Assembly (NCBI GenBank): GCA_964456235.1
Contig: CAYWDX010000001.1
Coordinates: 201,210-265,209 of the forward strand
Length of the DNA stretch: 64,000 bases
Direction: 5' to 3'
DNA from: an uncultured Candidatus Saccharibacteria bacterium
Lineage (GTDB): Bacteria > Patescibacteriota > Minisyncoccia > UBA6257 > 2-01-FULL-56-20
The notes beneath the pieces are model-generated. The model made no database searches. It was not told where the DNA came from and was given only the letters and a program-made list of their open reading frames with translations. A program made the translations under genes and the position numbers. Below, one piece after another: positions 1 to 8,043 of this stretch (its first letter is position 1; every line of letters begins with the position of its first letter).

Positions 1-389
1 CGTTCACGATCACCAAGGAAACGGTCCCGGCATTCTACGTGATGGTGGATGGGCTCGGCGTCGGCGACGTGGAAGAAGTCGTCCTGCGCGACCGCCGCGC
101 GCTCGCCGCCGAAGGCATGATGATCATCATTTTGACGCTCGACCGCGACAAGGGCCGACTGCTCAAAAACCCTGATATTATCTCGCGCGGATTCATTTAC
201 CTTAAAGAAAATCAGGACCTTCTCGAAGAAGTCCACAAGCGCATCCGCGCGCTCATGCAGCGCCTGCCGCAGTCGCGGGAGGTGGAGCCGGATTATGTGA
301 AAACCCTCTTGCGCGACCAGGTCGGCCAGTACCTCTACAATAAGACCCGACGCCGGCCGATGATCCTGCCCGTTATCATCGAAATTTAA
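1..389 (+). CDS. rnj: Ribonuclease J, C-terminal part (5' end lies outside the window)
   Basis: ORF 39..389 is in frame to the window start. The translation (GLGVGDVEEVVLRDRRALAAEGMMIIILTLDRDKG ... KTRRRPMILPVIIEI) matches the conserved C-terminal domain of RNase J. Confidence 0.7.
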   Translation, partial: FTITKETVPAFYVMVDGLGVGDVEEVVLRDRRALAAEGMMIIILTLDRDKGRLLKNPDIISRGFIYLKENQDLLEEVHKRIRALMQRLPQSREVEPDYVKTLLRDQVGQYLYNKTRRRPMILPVIIEI

Positions 390-390
390 T

Positions 391-1071
391 CTAGCCGAAC
401 TGGTAGCCCCGACCCGGCAGCGTTCGGATCAACGTTGACCTGCCCGGCACGTTAATTTTGCTTCGCAGATTGTGGATATGCGCTTCGATCGTGTTCGAGA
501 ACGGATCGGCGTCGCCATCCCATACGTGTTCCAAGATGGCGCCACGCGAAACCACGCGGCTTTGGTGTTTCATGAGAAATTCGAGGAGTGAAAATTCTTT
601 TGGCGTGAGATCGATTTGTTGCTTGCCGCGATACACGGTGAAATTCGATCGGTCGAGTGTGATGCCGCCCGAGACCAGCTTGCTCGGTTCTATCCCGCGC
701 GGGCGGCGGAGCAATGCTCTCACTCGCGCAGAAACTTCCTGCAATGAATACGGCTTCGTGACGTAGTCGTCCGCGCCGCAATTCAACAATCCCACTTTTT
801 TATCGGTTTCCGACTGCGCACTTAAGATGAGAACCGGAACATGCATTTTATATTCGCGAAGCTCCGAACAAATTTCCGGGCCTTGTTTGCCGGGGAGCAT
901 ATTGTCGAGCAAGATCAGATCATAGTCAGTCGTGCGTGCGCGGTATGACGCCTTCACGCCGTCATGTTCAACATCCACGCTGTAGCGTTCCGCCTCGAGC
1001 TCGGCTTTTAATGCGGCGGCGGTTTCTTGGTCGTCCTCAACAATCAAAATGCGCATGAAGTTGGCTTTCAT
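391..1071 (-). CDS. Two-component response regulator, OmpR/PhoB family (receiver + winged-helix)
   Basis: MRILIVEDD ... DLILLD ... phospho-acceptor region, and a C-terminal winged-helix ending LPGRGYQF. An alternative ATG lies at 1053. No cognate kinase is adjacent. Confidence 0.85.
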   Translation of the reverse strand: MKANFMRILIVEDDQETAAALKAELEAERYSVDVEHDGVKASYRARTTDYDLILLDNMLPGKQGPEICSELREYKMHVPVLILSAQSETDKKVGLLNCGADDYVTKPYSLQEVSARVRALLRRPRGIEPSKLVSGGITLDRSNFTVYRGKQQIDLTPKEFSLLEFLMKHQSRVVSRGAILEHVWDGDADPFSNTIEAHIHNLRSKINVPGRSTLIRTLPGRGYQFG

Positions 1072-1359
1072 TATAGCCCTCGCGGCATATGTTTATCCAC
1101 AGAATAAGTTGGGTACGGAGTATACTGAAGATAGGCTTGATATTCAATCCAACAGGAGGCCTCCCATTGCGAAAGGTTGCCCGCTTCATCCGCAGATGTT
1201 CCTCCAAACGCATCACCAAAGATCGTCGCCTGAGGAGGTGATCCCTCGCTGAGCGCATCGTGGTTGCGCTCCTGGGCAGTCATATCGGCCCCCCGCCCGG
1301 ATCTTTAAGCGGGGGCTTTTCTTTTTTTGGCGGCGCCTCTATTATAAGCGCACCCATGG

Positions 1360-1431
1360 GCGCGCTTAGCTCAGTGGTAGAGCGACTCGTTTACACCGAG
1401 TAGGTCCGAGGTCCGATCCCTCGAGCGCGCA
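1360..1431 (+). tRNA. tRNA-Val (anticodon TAC)
   Basis: Hand-folded cloverleaf: acceptor GCGCGCT/AGCGCGC, D-arm GCTC..GAGC, anticodon stem ACTCG/CGAGT with loop TTTACAC, T-arm CGAGG TCCGATC CCTCG. CCA is not encoded. Confidence 0.8.
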
Positions 1432-2253
1432 CTACTTTGTGCCCTTGTCCAGGAGGTAGAAATTTTCGAAGAGCTTTGCAACAAGAACCGGGCCGGTGCC
1501 GCCAGGCGTTTTTGTGTAATCAATATTTTTCTCGTCGGCGCCGTGCGGATTGAAATCGCCGGCGATTTTGCCTTCCGCATTGCGGCTGAATCCAAAATCG
1601 ATCACGACGGCGCCATCTTTGAGGTCGGCCGCGCTAAAAAGCCCATTCACACCCGCACCGCTGATCACGATGTCAGCTTCACGGAGACGCGCGTGCAAAT
1701 CTTTTACCTGGCTGTCGAGCACGATGAGTTCGGCAACGCGATTCTGGAGCCAAAAGCCAACCGGCTTACCAATCAGAAACCCGGCGCCGACCATCACCAC
1801 GGTGAGGTCGCGCAAATTTCTTTTTTCTAGTTTCAAAATTTCCTCAACGGTACCCGCCGATGGCGGGAGCGCGCGGCTGCGGCCGGTATAAAAGCCGCCA
1901 AGCGCTGCCTCGCTCAAAAAATCGACATCCTTTTCCTTCGGAATCGCATTCAAAACATAATGCCGATTGATATTCTCGGGGAGCGGGAGTTGCACGATAA
2001 AACCGCCGCAATTTTGGGGCCCGGCAAGCCGGCCGATTTCCGCTCGCAATTCATCCGTAGTGATCGTGACCGGCAGCTGGTAGAGCCGGAATTCGACGCC
2101 GAGCTCGCGCGCAATTTTTTCCTTTTGTTTTAAAAAATTGGCTGAAGCGGGGTCATCGCCAACCAAAACCGCTCCGAAAAATTTATTCGGGCGCGGGTGC
2201 GCCTTCAAGCGCGCGACGATATTTTGGGCGATGTCCTTTCCATCAATAACCAT
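1432..2253 (-). CDS. folD: Bifunctional methylenetetrahydrofolate dehydrogenase/cyclohydrolase
   Basis: 273 aa with the typical FolD architecture and motifs (VLVGDDPAS ... GFIVQLPLP ... VVMVGAGFLIGKPV). Confidence 0.85.
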   Translation of the reverse strand: MVIDGKDIAQNIVARLKAHPRPNKFFGAVLVGDDPASANFLKQKEKIARELGVEFRLYQLPVTITTDELRAEIGRLAGPQNCGGFIVQLPLPENINRHYVLNAIPKEKDVDFLSEAALGGFYTGRSRALPPSAGTVEEILKLEKRNLRDLTVVMVGAGFLIGKPVGFWLQNRVAELIVLDSQVKDLHARLREADIVISGAGVNGLFSAADLKDGAVVIDFGFSRNAEGKIAGDFNPHGADEKNIDYTKTPGGTGPVLVAKLFENFYLLDKGTK

Positions 2254-2309
2254 GATGCTTATTGTGTGCTAAAACGCCGTCTTTTCCAAGTATTTTGGCC
2301 CCCGGCGGC

Positions 2310-2930
2310 TTATTCCAACTCCAAGCTCGCCCAAAGGTATCGGCTCGCGAGCGTCCGGTAGGGGCTCCATGCGCGGGAAATTTTTTCTGCCTGGCGCGGC
2401 GTCGGATGGTTGCGCAGACCATATATTTTCTTCATGGCGTTCCGCAGGCCAAGATCGCCATACGAAAACACGTCTTCGCGCTTTAACGAAAACATTAAAA
2501 ACATTTCTGCCGTCCACCGCCCGATCCCCTTCACGCGCGTGAGGTGTTCGATCACTTCCTCGTCGCTCCACAATTTCATTTTTTGAAAATTGACCGTGCC
2601 ATCGAGCACGTTGCGCGAAAGATCTTTCAGGAAACTCGCTTTCATCTTTGACAAACCCGCTTTGCGCATTTTTGCGACCGGCATGGCAAGCACCTGCGTT
2701 GCCGTTGGGAATTTTTTACGGGCACCGCCGCTCGGGAATAGCGCTACGAAGCGCTTCAAAATGGTTGCCGCCGCTTTCCCGGAAAGCTGTTGGTTCACGA
2801 TCGCAACGACGAGTGCTTTGAAATGGTCGGGACGAGAATTTTTCTCATCCAAAATAGTGCGACGCTTCGCGCGATCGATAATTTTTCGCAAAAATCGGTC
2901 GCGGCGAAGATGCGCGAGTCGCTTGTCCAT
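2310..2930 (-). CDS. HhH-GPD superfamily DNA glycosylase (AlkA-like 3-methyladenine glycosylase II)
   Basis: 206 aa; helix-hairpin-helix/GPD region (GIGRWTAEMFLMFSLKREDVFSYGDLGLRNAMKK). Confidence 0.7.
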   Translation of the reverse strand: MDKRLAHLRRDRFLRKIIDRAKRRTILDEKNSRPDHFKALVVAIVNQQLSGKAAATILKRFVALFPSGGARKKFPTATQVLAMPVAKMRKAGLSKMKASFLKDLSRNVLDGTVNFQKMKLWSDEEVIEHLTRVKGIGRWTAEMFLMFSLKREDVFSYGDLGLRNAMKKIYGLRNHPTPRQAEKISRAWSPYRTLASRYLWASLELE

Positions 2931-2937
2931 GAAACAT

Positions 2938-4188
2938 TTAGTCGATTGCCGGGACGGGAAAGCGCAGTGAAAATGTTTTCACTTTTTCTTTGATCGCGGC
3001 GAGCGCGGCGGCGTCCGCGCGAGCCGCGAGGGTTTCGTCAATGAGGTTGGCGACGGTTTGCATGTCGGCTTCTTTCGCGCCGCGGGTCGTGAGCGCCGGC
3101 GTTCCAAGGCGGATGCCTGATGGATCAAGCGGTTTCCGCGGATCGAACGGGATCATATTTTTGTTGATCGAGATGCCAACTTTTTCGAGCGCTTTTTCCG
3201 CTTCTTTGCCAGTGATATTTTTACTACCAAAGAGATCGATCAGCATGAGATGGTTATCCGTTCCGCCGGAGATCACCCTATAACCCTTATCCTGTAAGGC
3301 TTTTGCGAGAGCGCGGGCATTCGCGATCGTGTGCTTTGAATACTCCGTAAAATCTGGGCGCAGTGCTTCGCCGTAGGCCACCGCCTTCGCCGCATTTATG
3401 TGGTCGTGGGGGCCGCCTTGCACGCCAGGGAAAATAGCTTTATCGATCGCGCTCGCAAATTTTTCTTTACACATGATCATCGCGCCGCGCGGGCCGCGCA
3501 ACGTTTTATGCGTCGTCGTTGAAACCACATCGCAGAACGGTACCGGATTCTCGAGTTGTTTCCCGGCGATGAGCCCGGCGATGTGCGCGACATCGGCGAA
3601 CAAAAAAGCGCCGGCCTTGTCGGCGATTTCTCGAAATCGTTTCCAATCGAGGGAGCGCGAGTACGCGGAGAATCCCGCGAGGATCATTTTTGGTTTTTCG
3701 CGAAGCGCGATTGCCTCGACTTCATCCATATCGATAATTTCCGTCTCGCGTTTCACGAAATAGGGGATGATGGTATACAATTTTCCCGAAAAATTGAGCG
3801 GATGGCCGTGCGAAAGGTGCCCGCCCTGGTCGAGTGAAAAACCGAGCACCTTGTCGCCCGGATTCAAGAGCGCCATGTAGACCGCGAGGTTCGCCGGAGA
3901 GCCAGAAAGCGGCTGCACATTCACATGTTCCGCGCCAAAAAGCTCCTTCGCTCGGGAGATCGCCAAATTTTCTGCCTCGTCGATCACTTCGTTCCCGCCA
4001 TAATAACGTTTGCCGGGATATCCTTCACTATATTTATTCGTGAGGACCGACCCCATCGCTTCGAGCACCGCTTTCGACACATAATTTTCGCTCGCAATAA
4101 GTTCTATGCCTTCTTTTTGGCGCTGCTCCTCGCGCTTAATAATCTCGTAAACAGCCGGGTCGCTTTCCCGAAGCGATGGATAGTTCAT
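2938..4188 (-). CDS. glyA: Serine hydroxymethyltransferase
   Basis: Strong GlyA similarity throughout ([36 protein letters not shown] ... PLP-lysine region [12 protein letters not shown]). ATG at 4188 is preferred over the upstream GTG at 4197. Confidence 0.9.
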   Translation of the reverse strand: MNYPSLRESDPAVYEIIKREEQRQKEGIELIASENYVSKAVLEAMGSVLTNKYSEGYPGKRYYGGNEVIDEAENLAISRAKELFGAEHVNVQPLSGSPANLAVYMALLNPGDKVLGFSLDQGGHLSHGHPLNFSGKLYTIIPYFVKRETEIIDMDEVEAIALREKPKMILAGFSAYSRSLDWKRFREIADKAGAFLFADVAHIAGLIAGKQLENPVPFCDVVSTTTHKTLRGPRGAMIMCKEKFASAIDKAIFPGVQGGPHDHINAAKAVAYGEALRPDFTEYSKHTIANARALAKALQDKGYRVISGGTDNHLMLIDLFGSKNITGKEAEKALEKVGISINKNMIPFDPRKPLDPSGIRLGTPALTTRGAKEADMQTVANLIDETLAARADAAALAAIKEKVKTFSLRFPVPAID

Positions 4189-4288
4189 GCGACCCACTCT
4201 ATCATGTTTTAGAAATTTTTAATAATCGGCTTTAAGCCTCTATAAGCCCCGCCGAATATAGGTTTTTGAGCCCACAGGAAATCCTGTG

Positions 4289-4312
4289 GTTATCCACGCT
4301 TTTATCCACACC
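4289..4312 (+). promoter_or_regulatory. Two direct DnaA-box-like 9-mers (TTATCCACG, TTATCCACA) upstream of dcd
   Basis: ctgtggTTATCCACGcttTTATCCACAccc lies in the glyA-dcd intergenic region. Confidence 0.4.
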
Positions 4313-4377
4313 CAGGGAGGATGGGCCCGCCCCGCCGCCGTTGTTTTCGTGCGAGCCGCACGCTACAATGCTCCTAC

Positions 4378-4953
4378 ATGATTCTCTCTGACCGCGACAT
4401 CAAGAAAGCGATCGCCGATGGGCGCATCAAAATTGATCCGAAACCGGACTTCGCGACGCAGCTCGGATCATGCTCGCTTGATTTGCGGATGGGAAACGAA
4501 GTGCGCGTCTTCCGCCACTCAAAACTTTCTCATATCGATCTCCGCAATCCGCAAGACTCCGAAAAAATGATGGAGAGCGTGACGATCACCGACCAGGAAC
4601 CGCTCGTCTTGCAGCCGCGCGATCTTGTACTGGCGACGACGCTCGAGTGGCTCGAGATCGCCGATGATTTGATCGGCCGCATCGAAGGACGCAGCTCGCT
4701 TGGCCGTCTCGGCATCATCGTGCACGGCACCGCGTCTGTTTTCGATCCGGGATGGCGGGGGAAACCGGTGATGGAACTTGGCAACCTTGGGGTGGTGCCG
4801 GTACTCCTCTACCCGGGCATGCGCATCTGCGCTTTTACCTTTGAAGAAGTTTCGAGCAAAGTGGACACGCCGTATTACATGAAAAAGAAAAATAAATATG
4901 CGGGGCAGGCGGAGCCGACTCCGTCGAAGATTGGTGAAGATGTACGAAATTGA
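4378..4953 (+). CDS. dcd: dCTP deaminase
   Basis: MILSDRDIKKAI ... IDPGWRG ... typical Dcd/dUTPase-fold sequence. Start placed at the ATG of MILSDRD. Confidence 0.85.
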   Translation: MILSDRDIKKAIADGRIKIDPKPDFATQLGSCSLDLRMGNEVRVFRHSKLSHIDLRNPQDSEKMMESVTITDQEPLVLQPRDLVLATTLEWLEIADDLIGRIEGRSSLGRLGIIVHGTASVFDPGWRGKPVMELGNLGVVPVLLYPGMRICAFTFEEVSSKVDTPYYMKKKNKYAGQAEPTPSKIGEDVRN

Positions 4954-5602
4954 GATCAAATCATTGCTCGGCAGCCGCGAGAACGCCGACCGTCTCGAGG
5001 CGCGGATGAAAGAACTGGATTCGAATCTCAAGAAAACGAGCACCCACCGGCAGCTGAATCATTATTTTGAGGGCCGCGGTGATTGGAACGCGGTCGCACG
5101 GGTGATTGCGGACAACGCCGTGCGCCAGGAATTTTTGTCCCTCGCCACAAAAGCCAAGGATTTCTCGCTCCGCTCGCGCGACGCGGATGGCAAGGTTTTG
5201 CTAGTATTAAAGGCCTCCGTGGACGACACGACGAGCGCCAATGGCACCGCCCGGCGGGAATTTGAACGCGAAGTTGCGATGGCTCTTGATGATCTCGACA
5301 AGGCGCTCCTCGATGCCGGGTTCACCTACCAAGCGAAATGGTCGCGCGAGCGGAGCGAATTTTCTTTTTCGGGTGCGAACGTGATGATTGATAAAAATGC
5401 CGGCTACGGCTACCTCGCCGAATTTGAAAAAATAGAAAATGATTCTTCGCGCGCCGACGCCGCAAAAGCAGAATTGCGCGATCTCATGAAAAAAGCGGGA
5501 TGCGAAGAATTAAACCAGGATCGCCTCGCTCGGATGTTCGCCTATTACAACGAGCACTGGCCCGAATATTACGGCACCGAAAAGATTTTCGTGATACCGT
5601 AG
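4940..5602 (+). CDS. CYTH-domain protein (CyaB/ThTPase-like triphosphate tunnel metalloenzyme)
   Basis: N-terminal EIEIK (ExExK) signature of CYTH domains. Overlaps the dcd 3' end by 14 nt. Confidence 0.6.
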   Translation: MYEIEIKSLLGSRENADRLEARMKELDSNLKKTSTHRQLNHYFEGRGDWNAVARVIADNAVRQEFLSLATKAKDFSLRSRDADGKVLLVLKASVDDTTSANGTARREFEREVAMALDDLDKALLDAGFTYQAKWSRERSEFSFSGANVMIDKNAGYGYLAEFEKIENDSSRADAAKAELRDLMKKAGCEELNQDRLARMFAYYNEHWPEYYGTEKIFVIP

Positions 5603-5632
5603 GCATAGTGCCGTACACGGCGCTGAATAAAA

Positions 5633-6619
5633 ATGCAAAACGAAAAACGCCATCCTGAATATCAATATTTAGACCTCTGCCGCGAGATCTTGGACAAAGG
5701 CGTGCGGCAGGAAGACAAAGGAACGGGTGCCGTGACGCACAGCGTCTTCGGGCGGCAGCTGCGATTCAATCTCGAAGACGGCTTCCCGCTCCTCACGACA
5801 AAAAAAGTGTACTGGAAAGGAGTGGTGGTTGAGCTTGCGTGGTTTTTATCGGGCCAGTCGAATATAAAATATTTAGTCGACCAGAACGTCCACATTTGGG
5901 ACGATTACCCCTACCGCATCTATCGCGAAAAAATGGAGAAGGGCGCGGCGCCCGAGATGACGAAGGAAGAGTTCATCGCGAAGATCGCGAGCGATGCAGG
6001 ATTTGCGAAGACGCACGGCGAGCTCCCTCACATTTACGGAGAGTCGTGGCGCCGTTGGCCGGCCAAGGACGGCCGCTCTATAGACCAAGTAAAATGGGTC
6101 GTGGATGAGCTTATCAAAGATCCAGATGCGCACAATACGCTCGTAACTTCATGGAACCCGGAGTATCTCTACGCGATGGCATTGCCGGCCGAGGCATCAC
6201 GCTTCCCCATTTGCCACAATATGTATCAGGCCAATGTGAAAGATGGGAAATTGTCACTTCACCTTTATCAACGATCCGCTGACATCTTCCTCGGCGTGCC
6301 GTTTAACATTGCGAGCTATGCGCTCCTCACTATTATTCTCGCGCGCGCAACCGGAAACCAGCCGGGCGATTTCATCCACACCTTTGGCGACGTGCACGTG
6401 TACGACAATCATCTCGACGCAATAAAGGAACAGCTCGCGCGCGAACCAAAGCCATTGCCGAGCGTGACGCTCGACCCGGCGGTGAAAACTATTGACGACT
6501 TCAAACCGGAGCATGCGAAGCTCGAAGATTATGATCCCCACCCGCCTATCAAAGCCGAACTCGCGCCCGCCGGCGGCATCGTGACCGACTCTTGGAAAAA
6601 ATTTCTAAAGAAGAACTAA
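5633..6619 (+). CDS. thyA: Thymidylate synthase
   Basis: Conserved ThyA core (LTTKKVYWKGV ... FPICHNMYQ ... LYQRSADIFLGVPFNIASYALL ... FGDVHVY). Confidence 0.9.
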   Translation: MQNEKRHPEYQYLDLCREILDKGVRQEDKGTGAVTHSVFGRQLRFNLEDGFPLLTTKKVYWKGVVVELAWFLSGQSNIKYLVDQNVHIWDDYPYRIYREKMEKGAAPEMTKEEFIAKIASDAGFAKTHGELPHIYGESWRRWPAKDGRSIDQVKWVVDELIKDPDAHNTLVTSWNPEYLYAMALPAEASRFPICHNMYQANVKDGKLSLHLYQRSADIFLGVPFNIASYALLTIILARATGNQPGDFIHTFGDVHVYDNHLDAIKEQLAREPKPLPSVTLDPAVKTIDDFKPEHAKLEDYDPHPPIKAELAPAGGIVTDSWKKFLKKN

Positions 6620-7119
6620 TTCTTCCTTTCGTAGACTTGGAACTCGTAGTCAACCGGATTTTTTTCGTCCCGCGAGTGCTTTTCAGAGTTGACGAGCTGC
6701 CAGTCGACATCGTTTAATGTTGGGAAAAATGTGTCGCCGGTCACCCGGTCGCGCACGCGCGTGAGATAAACCCGTTTCACGTGCGGGAGCGCCGTTTCAT
6801 AAACGCGCCCGCCGCCGATCACAAATATTTCCCCGCTGTCCCCGGCCAGCCGATTCTCCGCCGCGCGTATCGCATCCGAAAACGACTGCACCGCGATGCA
6901 TCCTTCCGCCTTCCACGCCGAATCCGTCGTTATCACAATGTTCACGCGGCCAGGCAGGGGTTTCCCGATCGATTCGAACGTTTTCCGCCCCATGATGACC
7001 GGGTGCCCCATCGTGAGCTCCTTGAAATGCTTGAGGTCGGCAGGAAGGTGCCAAGGGATTTTGCCGCCTGCACCGATCGCGCCGCCTTCATCAGTCGCAA
7101 CTATAATAGAGAGGTCCAT
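6616..7119 (-). CDS. folA: Dihydrofolate reductase
   Basis: 167 aa; MDLSIIVATDEGGAIGAGGKIPWHLPADLKHFKELTMGHPVIMGRKTFESIG matches the DHFR consensus. Convergent with and overlapping thyA by 4 nt. Confidence 0.9.
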   Translation of the reverse strand: MDLSIIVATDEGGAIGAGGKIPWHLPADLKHFKELTMGHPVIMGRKTFESIGKPLPGRVNIVITTDSAWKAEGCIAVQSFSDAIRAAENRLAGDSGEIFVIGGGRVYETALPHVKRVYLTRVRDRVTGDTFFPTLNDVDWQLVNSEKHSRDEKNPVDYEFQVYERKN

Positions 7120-7191
7120 CGGTATGATTATACACAGCTTTTCACGTCTTGCGCTTATGTTTGTCGAGGTGTTCTGCTAGAATCAAAGCAT

Positions 7192-8043
7192 ATGGGGACG
7201 CTCGAAAAGAAAACTCTTTGGTCAATCCTCGTCGGGGTTGTTATTCTCGGAGGTCTTTTAATCTATGTCTTCACCGGGAATCGTCACCCTGTCCAGAATG
7301 GCAATACCCAACCAACCTATGCGCCGAAGGGCGAGCTCGTTTCGGGTTTCCCGTCTAACTTGCTTCTCGATTCAAGCGCACCCATAACGCAGAGCTACTC
7401 CATGCATTACCCGTCGGGCGCCGTCCAGTATACCGCAGAATACCAGACGGCGCGCGATGCGGTCAGCGTGATCGCGGGGTACCAGACGCACCTCGGCGCC
7501 ATGGGCTGGAACGTGAGAATAAATTCGGCGGTGCAGACAAAGGCGATCGGCCTTTCGGGCGCTACCTCGACGGCATCAATTCTGGTTACTGCGGCACAAA
7601 TGCCACAAGGATCGGATGTGACGGTGAGCTACACGCTGAACGGCGCGAGTGATGCTAGCGTCGCGGGCAGCCCGCTTACTATAAAGAGCACTGACAACCT
7701 CTCGACAGTTCCAGCGCCGCTTACTGATCTCGCCGACTGGAGCCACGTTCATCCGTATGGCATCCAGACGCGTCAGCTCGCTGACGGTGGTACGCAGTAT
7801 CTCGCAAGCTGGAACACCGCGCATATGCCGCAGAATTATCAATCATTGAAAACGTACCTCACGGCCCAAACAAACTACGTACTCGTGCGGGATTCGTTTG
7901 ATGCGGCAAAAGGATTTTCAATGCATTTCACCCAGGGCTCTACGCTACTCGGCGTCATCGCGACGCCGATGCCAAAATCAGGATTTTTTACGATAACGTT
8001 TTCGCTCTACGAACCCGCTCACTCTCTATCATCAATGCCATGA
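7192..8043 (+). CDS. Hypothetical membrane-anchored/secreted protein
   Basis: N-terminal hydrophobic segment WSILVGVVILGGLLIYVF. The upstream part of ORF 6781..8043 is antisense to folA and therefore not coding. ATGA overlap with the next gene. Confidence 0.55.
   Translation: MGTLEKKTLWSILVGVVILGGLLIYVFTGNRHPVQNGNTQPTYAPKGELVSGFPSNLLLDSSAPITQSYSMHYPSGAVQYTAEYQTARDAVSVIAGYQTHLGAMGWNVRINSAVQTKAIGLSGATSTASILVTAAQMPQGSDVTVSYTLNGASDASVAGSPLTIKSTDNLSTVPAPLTDLADWSHVHPYGIQTRQLADGGTQYLASWNTAHMPQNYQSLKTYLTAQTNYVLVRDSFDAAKGFSMHFTQGSTLLGVIATPMPKSGFFTITFSLYEPAHSLSSMP

Noticed and set aside
452-781. ORFs 452..781(-) and 458..766(+) inside the response-regulator gene
   Set aside because: Alternative frames of a well-supported CDS; Arg/Ser-rich translations typical of GC-rich out-of-frame reading.
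6781-7191. N-terminal 137 codons of ORF 6781..8043
   Set aside because: Antisense to the strongly supported folA; the real gene most plausibly starts at ATG 7192 with a TM segment.
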